Shown here one piece after another: positions 7,752 to 17,770 of a stretch of 64,000 nucleotides of DNA. Below the pieces are notes generated by a model. It saw nothing but the letters and a program-made list of their open reading frames with translations. It had not been told where the DNA came from and searched no databases. The stretch is taken from positions 35,606-99,605 of the forward strand of contig JAYTOU010000007.1 of NCBI GenBank assembly GCA_043747615.1, in the 5' to 3' direction. This DNA comes from Myxococcales bacterium. GTDB lineage: Bacteria > Myxococcota_A > Polyangia > Polyangiales > Polyangiaceae. Position numbers and translations under genes: made by a program. The stretch's first letter is position 1. Each line of letters opens with the position of its first letter.

Positions 7752-10378
7752 CAGAATTCTCCCCGGATGCCGAGGCTCGGCAGGATCGGTAAACCCGAAG
7801 CGTAGATCCGTTGCGTGTTGTTGTAGTTGTTGCTCACGCCTTCGGCGTTGGCGCGGTTGTAGACGTTCTGCACGTCCGCATAGAACCCGAATTTCCACGA
7901 CGTAAAAGTCCACGTTTTGTCGAGGCGGATGTCGAGCTGATGAAACATCGGCAACCGTTCGCCGAGCGGCGGGTAGCTCTGGAGCGCGAGGTTTGCGCCC
8001 GCGTTCTCGTCGGTGAATCCGTACGCGCGTGGCGTGTACAAGCTGCCCGACACGAGGCGAAATCGACCGCCGATTTCCCAGCCGCGGCCGAGGCGGTAGC
8101 TTCCGAGCACCGTCAAGATGTGCGTCTGATCGAATTGAATCAGGTTCACGGGCGAGCTCGGCGTGTCCTGCCGAACGCTCCGTGAGATGGTGTACGCGAC
8201 CCATCCGAAGAAACGCGCGTCGGGGGTGTAGCGGAGAAGGGTCTCGATGCCGTACGCGTGACCGCGCCCTTGGTTGCCGAGGCGAGGCACTACGAGGTGA
8301 TCGAATTGCTTGTAAAAGCCTTCGATCGAGATGTTCACGTTCCTCGTGATCTCTTGCTCGACGCCGACGTCGTAGTGAATCGCGCGGTTGGATGTGAGGC
8401 CTTTCTGCCCAAATACGAGGTTCGTCTCGACCGGTTGCGGAGGCTGGAAGAACACGCCCGCGCCACCCTTCGCCGTCGTGCGCGGAAATCCGGTGGTGAG
8501 ATCCTGACGAGCGATCACCCTCGGCGCGAGGTCGAACGCCTTGGTGCTTTTTGCATAGTCGAGACGCGCACCGGGAACGAGGCGAGCGCCGCGCCACGGC
8601 GTGATCTCGAACTCCGTGAAGAGCGCAGGCTGGTAGACGGCGCCACTGTCCGTCGTCTCGAGCGGCGGACGACTGAGTCCCGGGCCGCTCGGCGCTTCGC
8701 CCGGCCTCGGCATCGGCGGAAAGCGTACGTGGACGTCGTAGGGCGCATAGAGCATGTCGAGACCGACGTTCGCCGTTACCCCGGGGGCGATTTTCTGCGC
8801 AAGCTCCGCCCGGGTGGTGATCGGGTGGCTGCGGAGCGTGAAGAAATTATCTCCGAGCGAGAAGTCGATGAAATCCTCGCCGACCGCGGCCATCAAGCGA
8901 AAGTCAGTGTCCTTGCCGAGCTTGCTCTTGAAGCGCCCTTGAAGACGCCAAAACCCGGTGTGCGCGCTGATCCCGCCGGCGAGCGCGGGGTCGCTGGCGT
9001 TGGCAGTCTTGATGAGGATGTCGAGCTTGTCGTCCGAGCCGAAGAAGAGCATCCGCAGCGAGGTGTTCTTGTTGAAGTCCTTCGCCACCATCGCCTGGTA
9101 GTCGTAGTAGACGGGCGCGGTAGTCACCCCCGTTCCAGCGGCCACGAGGACCGGCTTCAGCCACACGTCGACGTACGATCGTCGTCCAGCGACCGCGAAC
9201 GACCATCCGCTATTTTTGACGATGGGGCCTTCGGCGAGCACCCGGGCGTCGATGAAATCGACCTGCGCCATGCCGTGCAGTTTATCTTTTCGCGGATCGC
9301 GAATGCCGACGTCGACGATCCCGCCCATCGCGCGGCCGTACTGAGCGCTGAAGTTGCCGGGATAGAAATCGATCTTCTCGAGCATCTCCGTAGGGACGAC
9401 GGAGCTAAGTCCACCGAAGTGGTAGACGAGCGGAACGAGCGTCCCGTCGACGAACACGCTCGTGTCTTGAGGAGCCGAGCCGCGCACGATGAGCAGCCCG
9501 AGCAGCGCGGGGGGTCTGGCAACGCCGGGCAAATTCTGGAGCGATCGAAGAGCGTCGCCGTTCGTGCCCGGGATGCGGTTCATCTCCCGACGCTCGAGGG
9601 TGCGGCGGGTGACCTCGCGGGCAGGCCTCACCCCTTTCACGCGGATCTCCTCTTCCTCGTCGTCGGGTGCGGTTGCTTGCACGGCTGGGCCCGGCGCAAC
9701 CACGTCCGGCGAGAGGCGAAGCACGTTCTTCACTTCTTCGCCGGGCGCGACATCTTGCTCGATGGTCTGCGTCTTGAATCCGCTCGCGGCGATCGTGATG
9801 CGGTAATTACCGGGGGGAAGATTGGCAAATGCCCACGCGCCATTTTCTTCGACGGCCGTCGCTCGCTCGGTGCCGTCAGCGGCGCGCAAAACAACGGAGG
9901 CGCCCGCGAGCGGCTTATCCGACGTGGCCGCCAGCGCTTTGCCGACGAGCCGCGAAGGCGGCGGCGAGAAGACGTATCGGTGCTTGATTTTAGCGGCGAT
10001 GGCCACACTGTTCCGACGCGCGGGCTCGAAGGTCAGCTTCTCGGCTGCGGCGATAGCGGCTTCGTCGAAGCCATGCCCGGCGGGCGCCTCGACAGTTGCT
10101 TTCGTGACCGCGCCCGTCGCGTCGAGCTCGAGAATGAGCGAGACGGTGACCGCGTCCTTCACGCCGTCCTTCAGGGCCCGCGCCGGGTATTCCGCGCCTT
10201 CGTCGTGCTTGATCACGGGCAGCGTGATGGTCGCTGCTGGAGGCGGCGGTGCGGGGGCCGCTTCGGTTGGCGCGACGACGCGCTGAGCACGCGCTGGCTG
10301 AGCTGCGAGGAGGACGAGCGCGCACGCCCCCGCACGAAGGCCGATGCGCCTAAATCGCTCACCAATCCCGAGGCTCAT
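7751..10378 (-). CDS. TonB-dependent outer-membrane receptor with N-terminal TonB C-terminal and carboxypeptidase-regulatory-like domains
   Basis: Signal peptide; YPARA...V...A..GHGFDEAAIAAAEKLTFEPA TonB_C domain; plug motifs LQNLPGV and IDFYPGNFSAQYG; C-terminal LGIRGEF barrel signal. Confidence 0.9.
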   Translation of the reverse strand: MSLGIGERFRRIGLRAGACALVLLAAQPARAQRVVAPTEAAPAPPPPAATITLPVIKHDEGAEYPARALKDGVKDAVTVSLILELDATGAVTKATVEAPAGHGFDEAAIAAAEKLTFEPARRNSVAIAAKIKHRYVFSPPPSRLVGKALAATSDKPLAGASVVLRAADGTERATAVEENGAWAFANLPPGNYRITIAASGFKTQTIEQDVAPGEEVKNVLRLSPDVVAPGPAVQATAPDDEEEEIRVKGVRPAREVTRRTLERREMNRIPGTNGDALRSLQNLPGVARPPALLGLLIVRGSAPQDTSVFVDGTLVPLVYHFGGLSSVVPTEMLEKIDFYPGNFSAQYGRAMGGIVDVGIRDPRKDKLHGMAQVDFIDARVLAEGPIVKNSGWSFAVAGRRSYVDVWLKPVLVAAGTGVTTAPVYYDYQAMVAKDFNKNTSLRMLFFGSDDKLDILIKTANASDPALAGGISAHTGFWRLQGRFKSKLGKDTDFRLMAAVGEDFIDFSLGDNFFTLRSHPITTRAELAQKIAPGVTANVGLDMLYAPYDVHVRFPPMPRPGEAPSGPGLSRPPLETTDSGAVYQPALFTEFEITPWRGARLVPGARLDYAKSTKAFDLAPRVIARQDLTTGFPRTTAKGGAGVFFQPPQPVETNLVFGQKGLTSNRAIHYDVGVEQEITRNVNISIEGFYKQFDHLVVPRLGNQGRGHAYGIETLLRYTPDARFFGWVAYTISRSVRQDTPSSPVNLIQFDQTHILTVLGSYRLGRGWEIGGRFRLVSGSLYTPRAYGFTDENAGANLALQSYPPLGERLPMFHQLDIRLDKTWTFTSWKFGFYADVQNVYNRANAEGVSNNYNNTQRIYASGLPILPSLGIRGEF

Positions 10379-10471
10379 GCAGCACGGCGGACTTACTCGT
10401 GCTGGCGCAAAACCTCAACGTGCATTCGCGTTTCGGCCTTCGTCCGCGAGGTGTTATATGCGCTCGATCCG

Positions 10472-12751
10472 GTGCTTCTTTCCGCCCTCCCCCAGCTTCT
10501 GACCGCACGGCTGCGGGCGATCTCTCGGCTCCTACCCGCGCGCCTCGACGGGACGCTCTACGCTTTGTGGGCGGGAGTGCTCACGCTCGCTTCGGCACGC
10601 ATGTTCTACGGCTACATGCTCAAGCAGACCGGCGGCGAGTGGTCTGCACCGCTCGACGACGTCTTCATCCACTTCGACTACGCGCGGGCGACGGCCTCCG
10701 GACACCCTTTCGCGTGGGTGGTCGGAAATGGGTATTCCTCCGGAAATACCAGCCTTCTCTACCCCTTCGTTCTCGCTCTCGGATACGCGGGCGGCTTCGA
10801 GGGTGAGCGCCTGATGATCTGGGCTGCGATCGTCGCCGCAGTGTCGGTGTTTGCAACGTTACTCGCGGCGCGGTCTCTCTTTTTCTGGGGTGCTCGGCCG
10901 GGCCATCCCCAGCGGACGTGGATGCACGTGGCCTCTTTTCTTCTTCCGCCGATGGTGCTCGGCATCGGAGCGCTCAGCTGGTCACTGTGGAGCGGAATGG
11001 AAGTCGCGATCTTCCTTGGGACCTGGGCTGCGGCGCTTACCGCGTTCGAGTCTCTCCGACGAGCGCCTACCTCGGCGATCGCTGCACGCTCATGGCTCCT
11101 CGGCGCGTGCGGGGTGCTCATGCTGGTGACGAGGCCAGAGGCGGCGACGACCATCGCGGTGTTCGGGATGGGCGCGGCCATCGTCCACCACCCGCGCATC
11201 GGAACGCGTGGAGCGCTCGCACTTCTTCTGCGGGTCGGGGCGCCTTGCGCCGTCGTCATCGTGATCCAGACCCTCGCCAATCGCTTCTACACCGGCGAAT
11301 TCAGCGCAAATGGCGCACTGGTGAAGCTCGCGGTGAATAACCCATTTCTCACACCGGACGAGAAGCTTGCAGACTACCTATTCAACCTGAAGTACGTCGT
11401 TCTTCGCAACGTCGAGTACCACTTCACCGACGCGCCGGCCTTCGGGATCATCCTGCCCGCGCTCGCTCTCGGGGCGCTCGCCGTCCCTTCGACGCGCAGC
11501 GTGGCCGCCCTTCTCTGGGCCCAGATCGCTGGCTGGATGCTCCTCGTTTCGCTGAACGGACAGGTACGCTGGCAGAACGAGCGCTACACGATGCCGGCCG
11601 TCGCGTGGCTCCTGATCGCAGCAGCGATCGGCGTTGGGGGCCTCATGCAAAAGCGCGGACGACCGAGCGCGCTCATGGTGGTGGGCTTTGGGGCAATCGC
11701 CATTCAGATCGTGGGCGTGGTCACCCGCGAGCCAAACACGGCTCCCGAGCTGCGCGTCCACTGGGGGCTCGCCATTGCGGGTGCGGCTTTCGTCGCCGCT
11801 GCAGTCTCGGTGTGGCCGGCGCGGGTCGTCGCGGTCGCAGTCGCGCTCTTGTTTGCGCACGAGCATCAAGTCTCGAAGATGCGCGATCAAAAATGGTTCT
11901 TTGGGCGGGCGTGCAGAAACATCCGTGATCAACACCTCGTCGCAGGCCGATGGCTGGCGCGCTTGAAGCCGCACCGCATTCTCGTGGGAGACGCCGGCGC
12001 CTTGATTTACGCCTCTGATCGCCTCGGCCTCGACATCATCGGCCTCGGCGGATTCCACGCGCTCCCCTTCGCGCGGGCGGGCGTTCAGGGCCTTCCCGCC
12101 ACCCTCGAGCTCCTCGAGCGGCTGCCGAAAAAAGAGCTGCCCGACGTGCTCGCCATTTTTCCCACGTGGTGGGGCGTTCTTCCCACGTGGTTTTCGAGCG
12201 AAGTGCTCGCCCGTTTTCCGGTGGAAGGAAACGTCATCTGCGGCGGGTACGAAGACGTGATCTACCGCGCCGACTGGCACCTCCTCGGCACCGGAGAAAA
12301 TCCTCGGGTGGTCCCCCCAGGGCAGACGGTCGTAGACACGGTCGACGTCGCCGATCTGGTGAGCGAGAAGGAACACGGTTACGTCTTTCCGACGCCGGCC
12401 GGCGGCTGGACGGACATGAAAGTACTCGCGGATCCCGCAGACGATCGTCGCGACATGTTCGACTCTGGCCGTCGCATCCCCGCCCATCGATCGGAGCACT
12501 TCAAGGTCCGGGGCCTCCGCGCGGGGCAGATCGCCAACCTCATCATCCGCAGCGCACCCGACACCACGGCGCGCGTGATCCTCCGTGTGAACGGCGCGCC
12601 CGTGATGCAGCTCGAGCTCGTGCCCACCGAAGGCTGGGTGGAGGGAGCAGCGGAAATACCGATCGCTCACGTGCTTCCGGAGCTCGACATCGAGCTCTTC
12701 AACCAAGGCCCCGGCGACTTCGTCGACTACCACGCGTGGGTGACGCAGTGA
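10472..12751 (+). CDS. Polytopic membrane protein, GT-C-type glycosyltransferase-like
   Basis: LDDVFIHFDYARA acidic first-loop motif, SGMEVA, TRPEA, many TM helices and a soluble C-terminal domain; start uncertain (GTG 10451 or 10472). Confidence 0.65.
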   Translation: MLLSALPQLLTARLRAISRLLPARLDGTLYALWAGVLTLASARMFYGYMLKQTGGEWSAPLDDVFIHFDYARATASGHPFAWVVGNGYSSGNTSLLYPFVLALGYAGGFEGERLMIWAAIVAAVSVFATLLAARSLFFWGARPGHPQRTWMHVASFLLPPMVLGIGALSWSLWSGMEVAIFLGTWAAALTAFESLRRAPTSAIAARSWLLGACGVLMLVTRPEAATTIAVFGMGAAIVHHPRIGTRGALALLLRVGAPCAVVIVIQTLANRFYTGEFSANGALVKLAVNNPFLTPDEKLADYLFNLKYVVLRNVEYHFTDAPAFGIILPALALGALAVPSTRSVAALLWAQIAGWMLLVSLNGQVRWQNERYTMPAVAWLLIAAAIGVGGLMQKRGRPSALMVVGFGAIAIQIVGVVTREPNTAPELRVHWGLAIAGAAFVAAAVSVWPARVVAVAVALLFAHEHQVSKMRDQKWFFGRACRNIRDQHLVAGRWLARLKPHRILVGDAGALIYASDRLGLDIIGLGGFHALPFARAGVQGLPATLELLERLPKKELPDVLAIFPTWWGVLPTWFSSEVLARFPVEGNVICGGYEDVIYRADWHLLGTGENPRVVPPGQTVVDTVDVADLVSEKEHGYVFPTPAGGWTDMKVLADPADDRRDMFDSGRRIPAHRSEHFKVRGLRAGQIANLIIRSAPDTTARVILRVNGAPVMQLELVPTEGWVEGAAEIPIAHVLPELDIELFNQGPGDFVDYHAWVTQ

Positions 12752-14952
12752 CTACGTGGGGTCAGCTCGTGAAGGTCGTCGGCACGTGGGGGCGTCCGCC
12801 GGACCCGGTGGCCTGGGCGGCTCTCGCGGCCTTCGGAGCGCTCGCGATCATGGCCCTCACGCCGGCAGCGTTCTCGCTTCTTCCGGCACCGATGTCTCGA
12901 CGCCGCTTCTTGACGGTGATCGGTTTCGTCGCCGCGTTTCTCTCGCTTGGTTACGTCGCGTACTACTTGCGGGGCGGGCCGCGGATCATCGACGCGACGA
13001 CCTACTTCATGCAGGGGCGCGCGCTTTCGCACGGGAAATTCAGCTGGATCATCAGTGAGCCCACCGCGAGCTTCCGTGGTCGTTTTCTGCTCTTTCAAGA
13101 GCCCTATCGCCTCGGAGGAATTTTTCCCCCGGGCTATCCTCTTCTTCTTGCACTTGGTTTTCTCATAGGCGCACCGATGGTGATTGGTCCCGTCCTTGCG
13201 GGCGCGATCACCGTCGCGACGTATGCGCTGGCTCACGAGCTCGTGCTCGACGAGCGTCGGCGCCCACCCTTTTACGTTCCGGATCGCGAGAGCATCGCGC
13301 GGTTCGCAGCAGCGCTGTCTCTCGTCTCCGCGGCGCTCCGCTACCACACGGCGGACACCATGGCACACGGCGCGGCGGCCCTCGCCATCACGCTCTCCCT
13401 CGCTGCCGCCCTCCGCGCACGCCGCACGGGAGATTCTAGGTTTTTCGCGCTCGCAGGGCTGGCAGCAGGATACGTCGCGGCTACGCGTCTCGCGTCGGCG
13501 ATCCCGATCACCCTCGTCATCTTGTGGATCGCCTCCCGTGCTCGTCCGCGCCTCCGCGGGATCGGTGTCACCGTGACTGCGCTCCTTCCGGGTCTCCTCC
13601 TCCTCGCCGCTTCGCAGCACGCGGTCACCGGGGATGCGACGTCGTCTACCCAGCGCGCGTACTACGCGGTGAGCGACGGACCGCCAGACTGTTTTCGTTA
13701 CGGCTTCGGCGCCGGGGTGGGGTGTCTCTACGAGCACGGCGAGTTCGTTCGGGCGCGTCTATCGGACGGCTTCGGAGTGCTCGAGGCACTCGGTGCAACG
13801 CTTCGCCGTTTGCGTGTGCATCTCGCCGACGTGCTCAATTTCGAGCCGCTGATCCTCGTTCTGCTCGTCCCTATTTTCAGAGCAGTCCGCGTCTCCCGGG
13901 CCTGCAGGAGCGCGGGAGCGGTGATCATTCTTCATGTCCTCGCGTACGCGCCCTTTTATTTCGACGGCAACTATCCGGGCGGCGGCGCACGTTTCTTTGC
14001 CGAGCTTCTCCCTATCGAGCACGCCGTCATCGCGTTCGCGATCGCCCACGCGCTTCCGACGGTGGCCTTTCCGCGCCGCGTCCTGTGGACCCTCGCCCTC
14101 GCCTGCCTCGGCTTCGCCGTGCACACCTCGTACGAGCATGAAGCGCTCGCCAACCGCGACGGCGGCAGGCCAATGTACGAGCCGGACTTGACGCGGGAAG
14201 CTGGGGTGGTCGACGGCATTCTCTTCTTCGACACCGATCACGGCTTCAATCTCGCTTGCGATCCCGCGGTCACAGCGAGTCACGGTGTCTTGGCGGCGCG
14301 TCTGAGAAATGACGATCACGATCGCATGCTCTACGACTCGCTCGGTCATCCTCCGTCCCACGTTTACCGCTTCGAGAAGGCGGAGCCTGCGGTGGCAGCC
14401 CCTCCGGCGTCGAGCCTCGTGCCCGCACTGGCCGTCCCTCCGCAGCCTCTCAGCCACGTCGACGTCTTCTCTCCGCATGCGCCGGTGAACGATAGTTGGC
14501 GCTTCGAGGCGGAAGCCGATTGGCCCCCGTTCGCGCAGGGCGGAGGCTGGGCCGAGCCTGTGTGGGCCGCAGGGACCGGCGCGTCGCAAGATCGCGTTCT
14601 CACCGTGACCCCGTCTCCGGCGAGCGGTGAGGCATGGGCAGAGATCGAGCTTCCCGTTCCGCGTGCGGATACCTTCAGCGTCCAGCCGCGCGTCCTCCTG
14701 CGAGGCGGCGGGGGCGAGGGAACGCTCAAGCTCTACATGCTAAAAGCCACGGCCGACGGCGGGGCGTACGACCGCGTGGAGGTGGCGAGCTGGCAGTGGA
14801 ATGGCGGAGCCGACAAGGCCGTCCCTGCCCATGCAATGGATCTCGAATCACGCGAAATCGTCTTTCAAACGGCTCGCGCGCGGATCGTCCTCACCGCCAA
14901 GGGGGGAGAGGTCGCCCTGGACAAGACAACCTTTCTGAAGGCTACCCGTTGA
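12748..14952 (+). CDS. Polytopic membrane protein, GT-C/PMT-like glycosyltransferase-like
   Basis: IIDATTYFMQGRAL, FPPGYPLLLA and GARFFAE motifs; many TM helices; GTG overlaps the upstream TGA. Confidence 0.65.
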   Translation: MTTWGQLVKVVGTWGRPPDPVAWAALAAFGALAIMALTPAAFSLLPAPMSRRRFLTVIGFVAAFLSLGYVAYYLRGGPRIIDATTYFMQGRALSHGKFSWIISEPTASFRGRFLLFQEPYRLGGIFPPGYPLLLALGFLIGAPMVIGPVLAGAITVATYALAHELVLDERRRPPFYVPDRESIARFAAALSLVSAALRYHTADTMAHGAAALAITLSLAAALRARRTGDSRFFALAGLAAGYVAATRLASAIPITLVILWIASRARPRLRGIGVTVTALLPGLLLLAASQHAVTGDATSSTQRAYYAVSDGPPDCFRYGFGAGVGCLYEHGEFVRARLSDGFGVLEALGATLRRLRVHLADVLNFEPLILVLLVPIFRAVRVSRACRSAGAVIILHVLAYAPFYFDGNYPGGGARFFAELLPIEHAVIAFAIAHALPTVAFPRRVLWTLALACLGFAVHTSYEHEALANRDGGRPMYEPDLTREAGVVDGILFFDTDHGFNLACDPAVTASHGVLAARLRNDDHDRMLYDSLGHPPSHVYRFEKAEPAVAAPPASSLVPALAVPPQPLSHVDVFSPHAPVNDSWRFEAEADWPPFAQGGGWAEPVWAAGTGASQDRVLTVTPSPASGEAWAEIELPVPRADTFSVQPRVLLRGGGGEGTLKLYMLKATADGGAYDRVEVASWQWNGGADKAVPAHAMDLESREIVFQTARARIVLTAKGGEVALDKTTFLKATR

Positions 14953-15029
14953 CCGCGTTTGGCCCCCGGTGATAGGCGTTTTTAGGTGCGCTGCAGGCGC
15001 CTTTTGCCCCATTCTTGCGAGGCGGAGCG

Positions 15030-15377
15030 ATGACAAAAAGTGAACTCATCGACGCGATGGCAGCCCGGAGCGACCTGACGAAGGCGCGCGCCGAGCTGGT
15101 GGTCAACTGCATCTTCGACGCAATGACCGAGGCGCTTCAGCGAGGCGAGGGCATCGAGATCCGCGGCTTCGGAAGCTTCACGGTCCGCCCGTACAAGCCC
15201 TACTCGGGACGAAACCCGCGCACCGGCGAGCCCGTGCCCGTTCCTGCCAAGCGGCTTCCGTTCTTCAAGGTGGGGCTCGAGCTGAAGAAGCTCGTGAACA
15301 ACAGCCGCCACCTCGCCATCACGGGCGGCGACGACGGCGACGATCACGAAGACGAGAGCGAAGACGCGCAAGACTGA
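15030..15377 (+). CDS. HU/integration host factor family DNA-binding protein (IHF-beta-like) with an acidic tail
   Basis: MTKSELI...IEIRGFGSF...GRNPRTGE...PFFKVG. Confidence 0.95.
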   Translation: MTKSELIDAMAARSDLTKARAELVVNCIFDAMTEALQRGEGIEIRGFGSFTVRPYKPYSGRNPRTGEPVPVPAKRLPFFKVGLELKKLVNNSRHLAITGGDDGDDHEDESEDAQD

Positions 15378-15401
15378 GAAGACTGCTAGAACGCACGGGT
15401 C

Positions 15402-16670
15402 ATGAGCTTCGCCCCCGTCTCCGAGCAGCTCGCGCTTCTCACCCGCGGCACCGTCGATCTCCACGTGAAGTCCGAGCTCGAGGAGCGGCTCGAAGCATCG
15501 CGCAAGACGGGTAAGCCGCTGCGCGTGAAGGCGGGGTTCGATCCCACACGCCCCGATCTGCACATCGGTCACGCCGTACTCCTCGCAAAGATGCGCCACT
15601 TTCAGGACCTCGGTCACACCGCGATCCTCCTGGTCGGCGATTTCACGGCGATGGTCGGCGACCCAACCGGCAACAACGATTTGCGCCCGCGCCTCACGCG
15701 CGAAGACGTCACCGAAGCCGCAAAAACGTACACCGATCAAGCCTTCAAGGTTCTCGACGAGAAGACGGTGGTCATCCACAAGAACTCCGAGTGGCTCGAC
15801 GCCCTCTCCCCGGGCGATCTCATCGAGCTGATGGCCAAGAGCACCGTGTCGCGCATGCTCGAGCGAAACGATTTCGCGCAGCGCTTCGCCGACCATCGGC
15901 CCATTTACCAACACGAGTTTCTCTACCCGCTCCTTCAGGGCTACGACTCCGTTGCGCTCGACCGACTGGGGGGCTGTGACATCGAGCTCGGCGGCACGGA
16001 TCAGCTTTTCAACTTGCTCGTCGGCCGGGATCTCATGGCGAAATACGGCCAAAAACCCCAGCTGGTGATGACCGTTCCCATCCTCGAAGGAACCGACGCG
16101 CGCATCGACACGACCACCGGATACGTCGTCGGAAAGAAAATGTCGAAGAGCGCCGACAACTACATCGGCCTCAAGGAAGAACCGCTCTCGGTCTATCGCA
16201 AGGTGATGCAGATCGATGACGACGTCATCTTCCGTTACTTCGAGCTCCTCTCGGCGCAGTCATCCGAAGCCGTCGCCACGCTGAAGGCGGAGCGCAAAGG
16301 CGGCCGCAATCCGATGGAGATCAAAGCGCTCTTCGCGAAGGAGCTCATCGAGCGTTTTCACGGAGCGGAGGCGGCACAAAAAGCAGCCGCAGATTTCCAG
16401 AGCGTGTACTCGGCCGATGCTCTCCCGTCGGACATCGAGGAGCACACGGTGCCAACCGACTTGCCCACGCTGTGGATTGCCAAAGCATTGTCGGTCGCGA
16501 AGCTCGTAAAATCGACGGGCGAAGGAAAGCGCCTCGTCGAACAGGGCGGGGTCGAGGTCGACCAAGCTCGGGTGACCAATCCGCAGCTCCAGCTCGAACG
16601 CGGGAAGCGCTACTTGGTTCGTGTAGGCTCTAAAAATAGGCGCTTCGCATACATCACGGTCCCTGCGTGA
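15402..16670 (+). CDS. tyrS: Tyrosine--tRNA ligase
   Basis: GFDPT..DLHIGH (HIGH), YPLLQGYD, GGTDQ, KMSKS and a C-terminal S4-like domain. Confidence 0.97.
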   Translation: MSFAPVSEQLALLTRGTVDLHVKSELEERLEASRKTGKPLRVKAGFDPTRPDLHIGHAVLLAKMRHFQDLGHTAILLVGDFTAMVGDPTGNNDLRPRLTREDVTEAAKTYTDQAFKVLDEKTVVIHKNSEWLDALSPGDLIELMAKSTVSRMLERNDFAQRFADHRPIYQHEFLYPLLQGYDSVALDRLGGCDIELGGTDQLFNLLVGRDLMAKYGQKPQLVMTVPILEGTDARIDTTTGYVVGKKMSKSADNYIGLKEEPLSVYRKVMQIDDDVIFRYFELLSAQSSEAVATLKAERKGGRNPMEIKALFAKELIERFHGAEAAQKAAADFQSVYSADALPSDIEEHTVPTDLPTLWIAKALSVAKLVKSTGEGKRLVEQGGVEVDQARVTNPQLQLERGKRYLVRVGSKNRRFAYITVPA

Positions 16671-17698
16671 GAGCTGGCCTTCGGCTCGCCGTCCTCGCCG
16701 CGATGCTCATGACGGCTTGCGGCGCGCCACCGACCCCGCAGCCGCAAAGGCTCCCTTCGACGCCGCTGCATCTTCGACCGGTGTCGGATCTCGCGCCGGC
16801 AGCCGGTGTGGTGTGGCTAGTCGATGCCCGCCCCCGAGAGATCCTCGTCATACCGGAGATGGCCGCCCATGTGCGCCTCGTTTTCCCAGATGATCGGTTC
16901 GACACCTTCACGAAGCGGCACGGCGGCGTGGATCTGCGCCAGCTCTCCGAGCTCGAGATCGTGGGCTACCGAGCCGCGACGCTTTTTCTTGCGCGCGGCA
17001 TTTTCGATCCGTCGTCGGTGGAGCGCGCATTCACCGCGCGGGCGAAAACGGACGGGCGCGCCATCGATCGCCAGAGCGGTCCCCTCGGCACGATCGTGCG
17101 AACGTGGGGCACGGTGAACACGCAGCGCGAGCAGATCGCGATCTTCGGGCACGAGGCGATCGGCCTAGAAGTTGGCAGGTTCGGCCCCCTGCGCGCTGCG
17201 GAATTTTTCGCGGAAGAGAAGCTGAAAAAATCTTCGCCCGCGCTGCGAGCGCCCCCTCTCGCTCGCGCAGCTGAGCTTGTCGGAGACGCGCCTCTTCGCG
17301 CCTTCGCCCCTGGCCCTTTCGAAGGCGATTCGTCCCGCGCCCTCGGTGGCCTCCTCCGCGCAAGCACGGCGATCGCAATCGCAGTAACCGTCCTCCCACC
17401 CACGAAGGCGGAGCCTGGCGACGAGCCGAGTGCGCGCCTCGCGATCCGCGTGGTCCTTCTGGGCGACTGGAAGGCGGATTCGCAAGCTGCGTCCGCACGT
17501 CTCGCGGCAGCGATCCATACGCTCTCGGAGAGCGCTCTCGGGCGCCTTTTGGGCCTCGATCATCCATCCGCGGAGCCGAAGGTTCGACTGATCGCCGAAG
17601 AGGCACTCGGTGCAGACCTCACGCTCTCTGCGCTCGCTGTGTTCCGCGGTTTGCAAATGGCAACGGGTGCCGGCGCAGAGGACGTCCTTCTCTACTGA
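16667..17698 (+). CDS. Putative lipoprotein of unknown function
   Basis: MRAGLRLAVLAAMLMTAC lipobox; GTGA overlap with tyrS. Confidence 0.75.
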   Translation: MRAGLRLAVLAAMLMTACGAPPTPQPQRLPSTPLHLRPVSDLAPAAGVVWLVDARPREILVIPEMAAHVRLVFPDDRFDTFTKRHGGVDLRQLSELEIVGYRAATLFLARGIFDPSSVERAFTARAKTDGRAIDRQSGPLGTIVRTWGTVNTQREQIAIFGHEAIGLEVGRFGPLRAAEFFAEEKLKKSSPALRAPPLARAAELVGDAPLRAFAPGPFEGDSSRALGGLLRASTAIAIAVTVLPPTKAEPGDEPSARLAIRVVLLGDWKADSQAASARLAAAIHTLSESALGRLLGLDHPSAEPKVRLIAEEALGADLTLSALAVFRGLQMATGAGAEDVLLY

Positions 17699-17770
17699 GC
17701 GGAGCCCATATACGGCCTCGTCGGATTATGGGGGAATATTGAGGACGTCGGCGATGTTCGCACTCAAACA

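Noticed and set aside
8258..12751. 1497-aa ORF on the + strand
   Set aside because: The first ~735 codons are the antisense shadow of the TonB-dependent receptor; only the part from ~10450 looks like a real membrane protein
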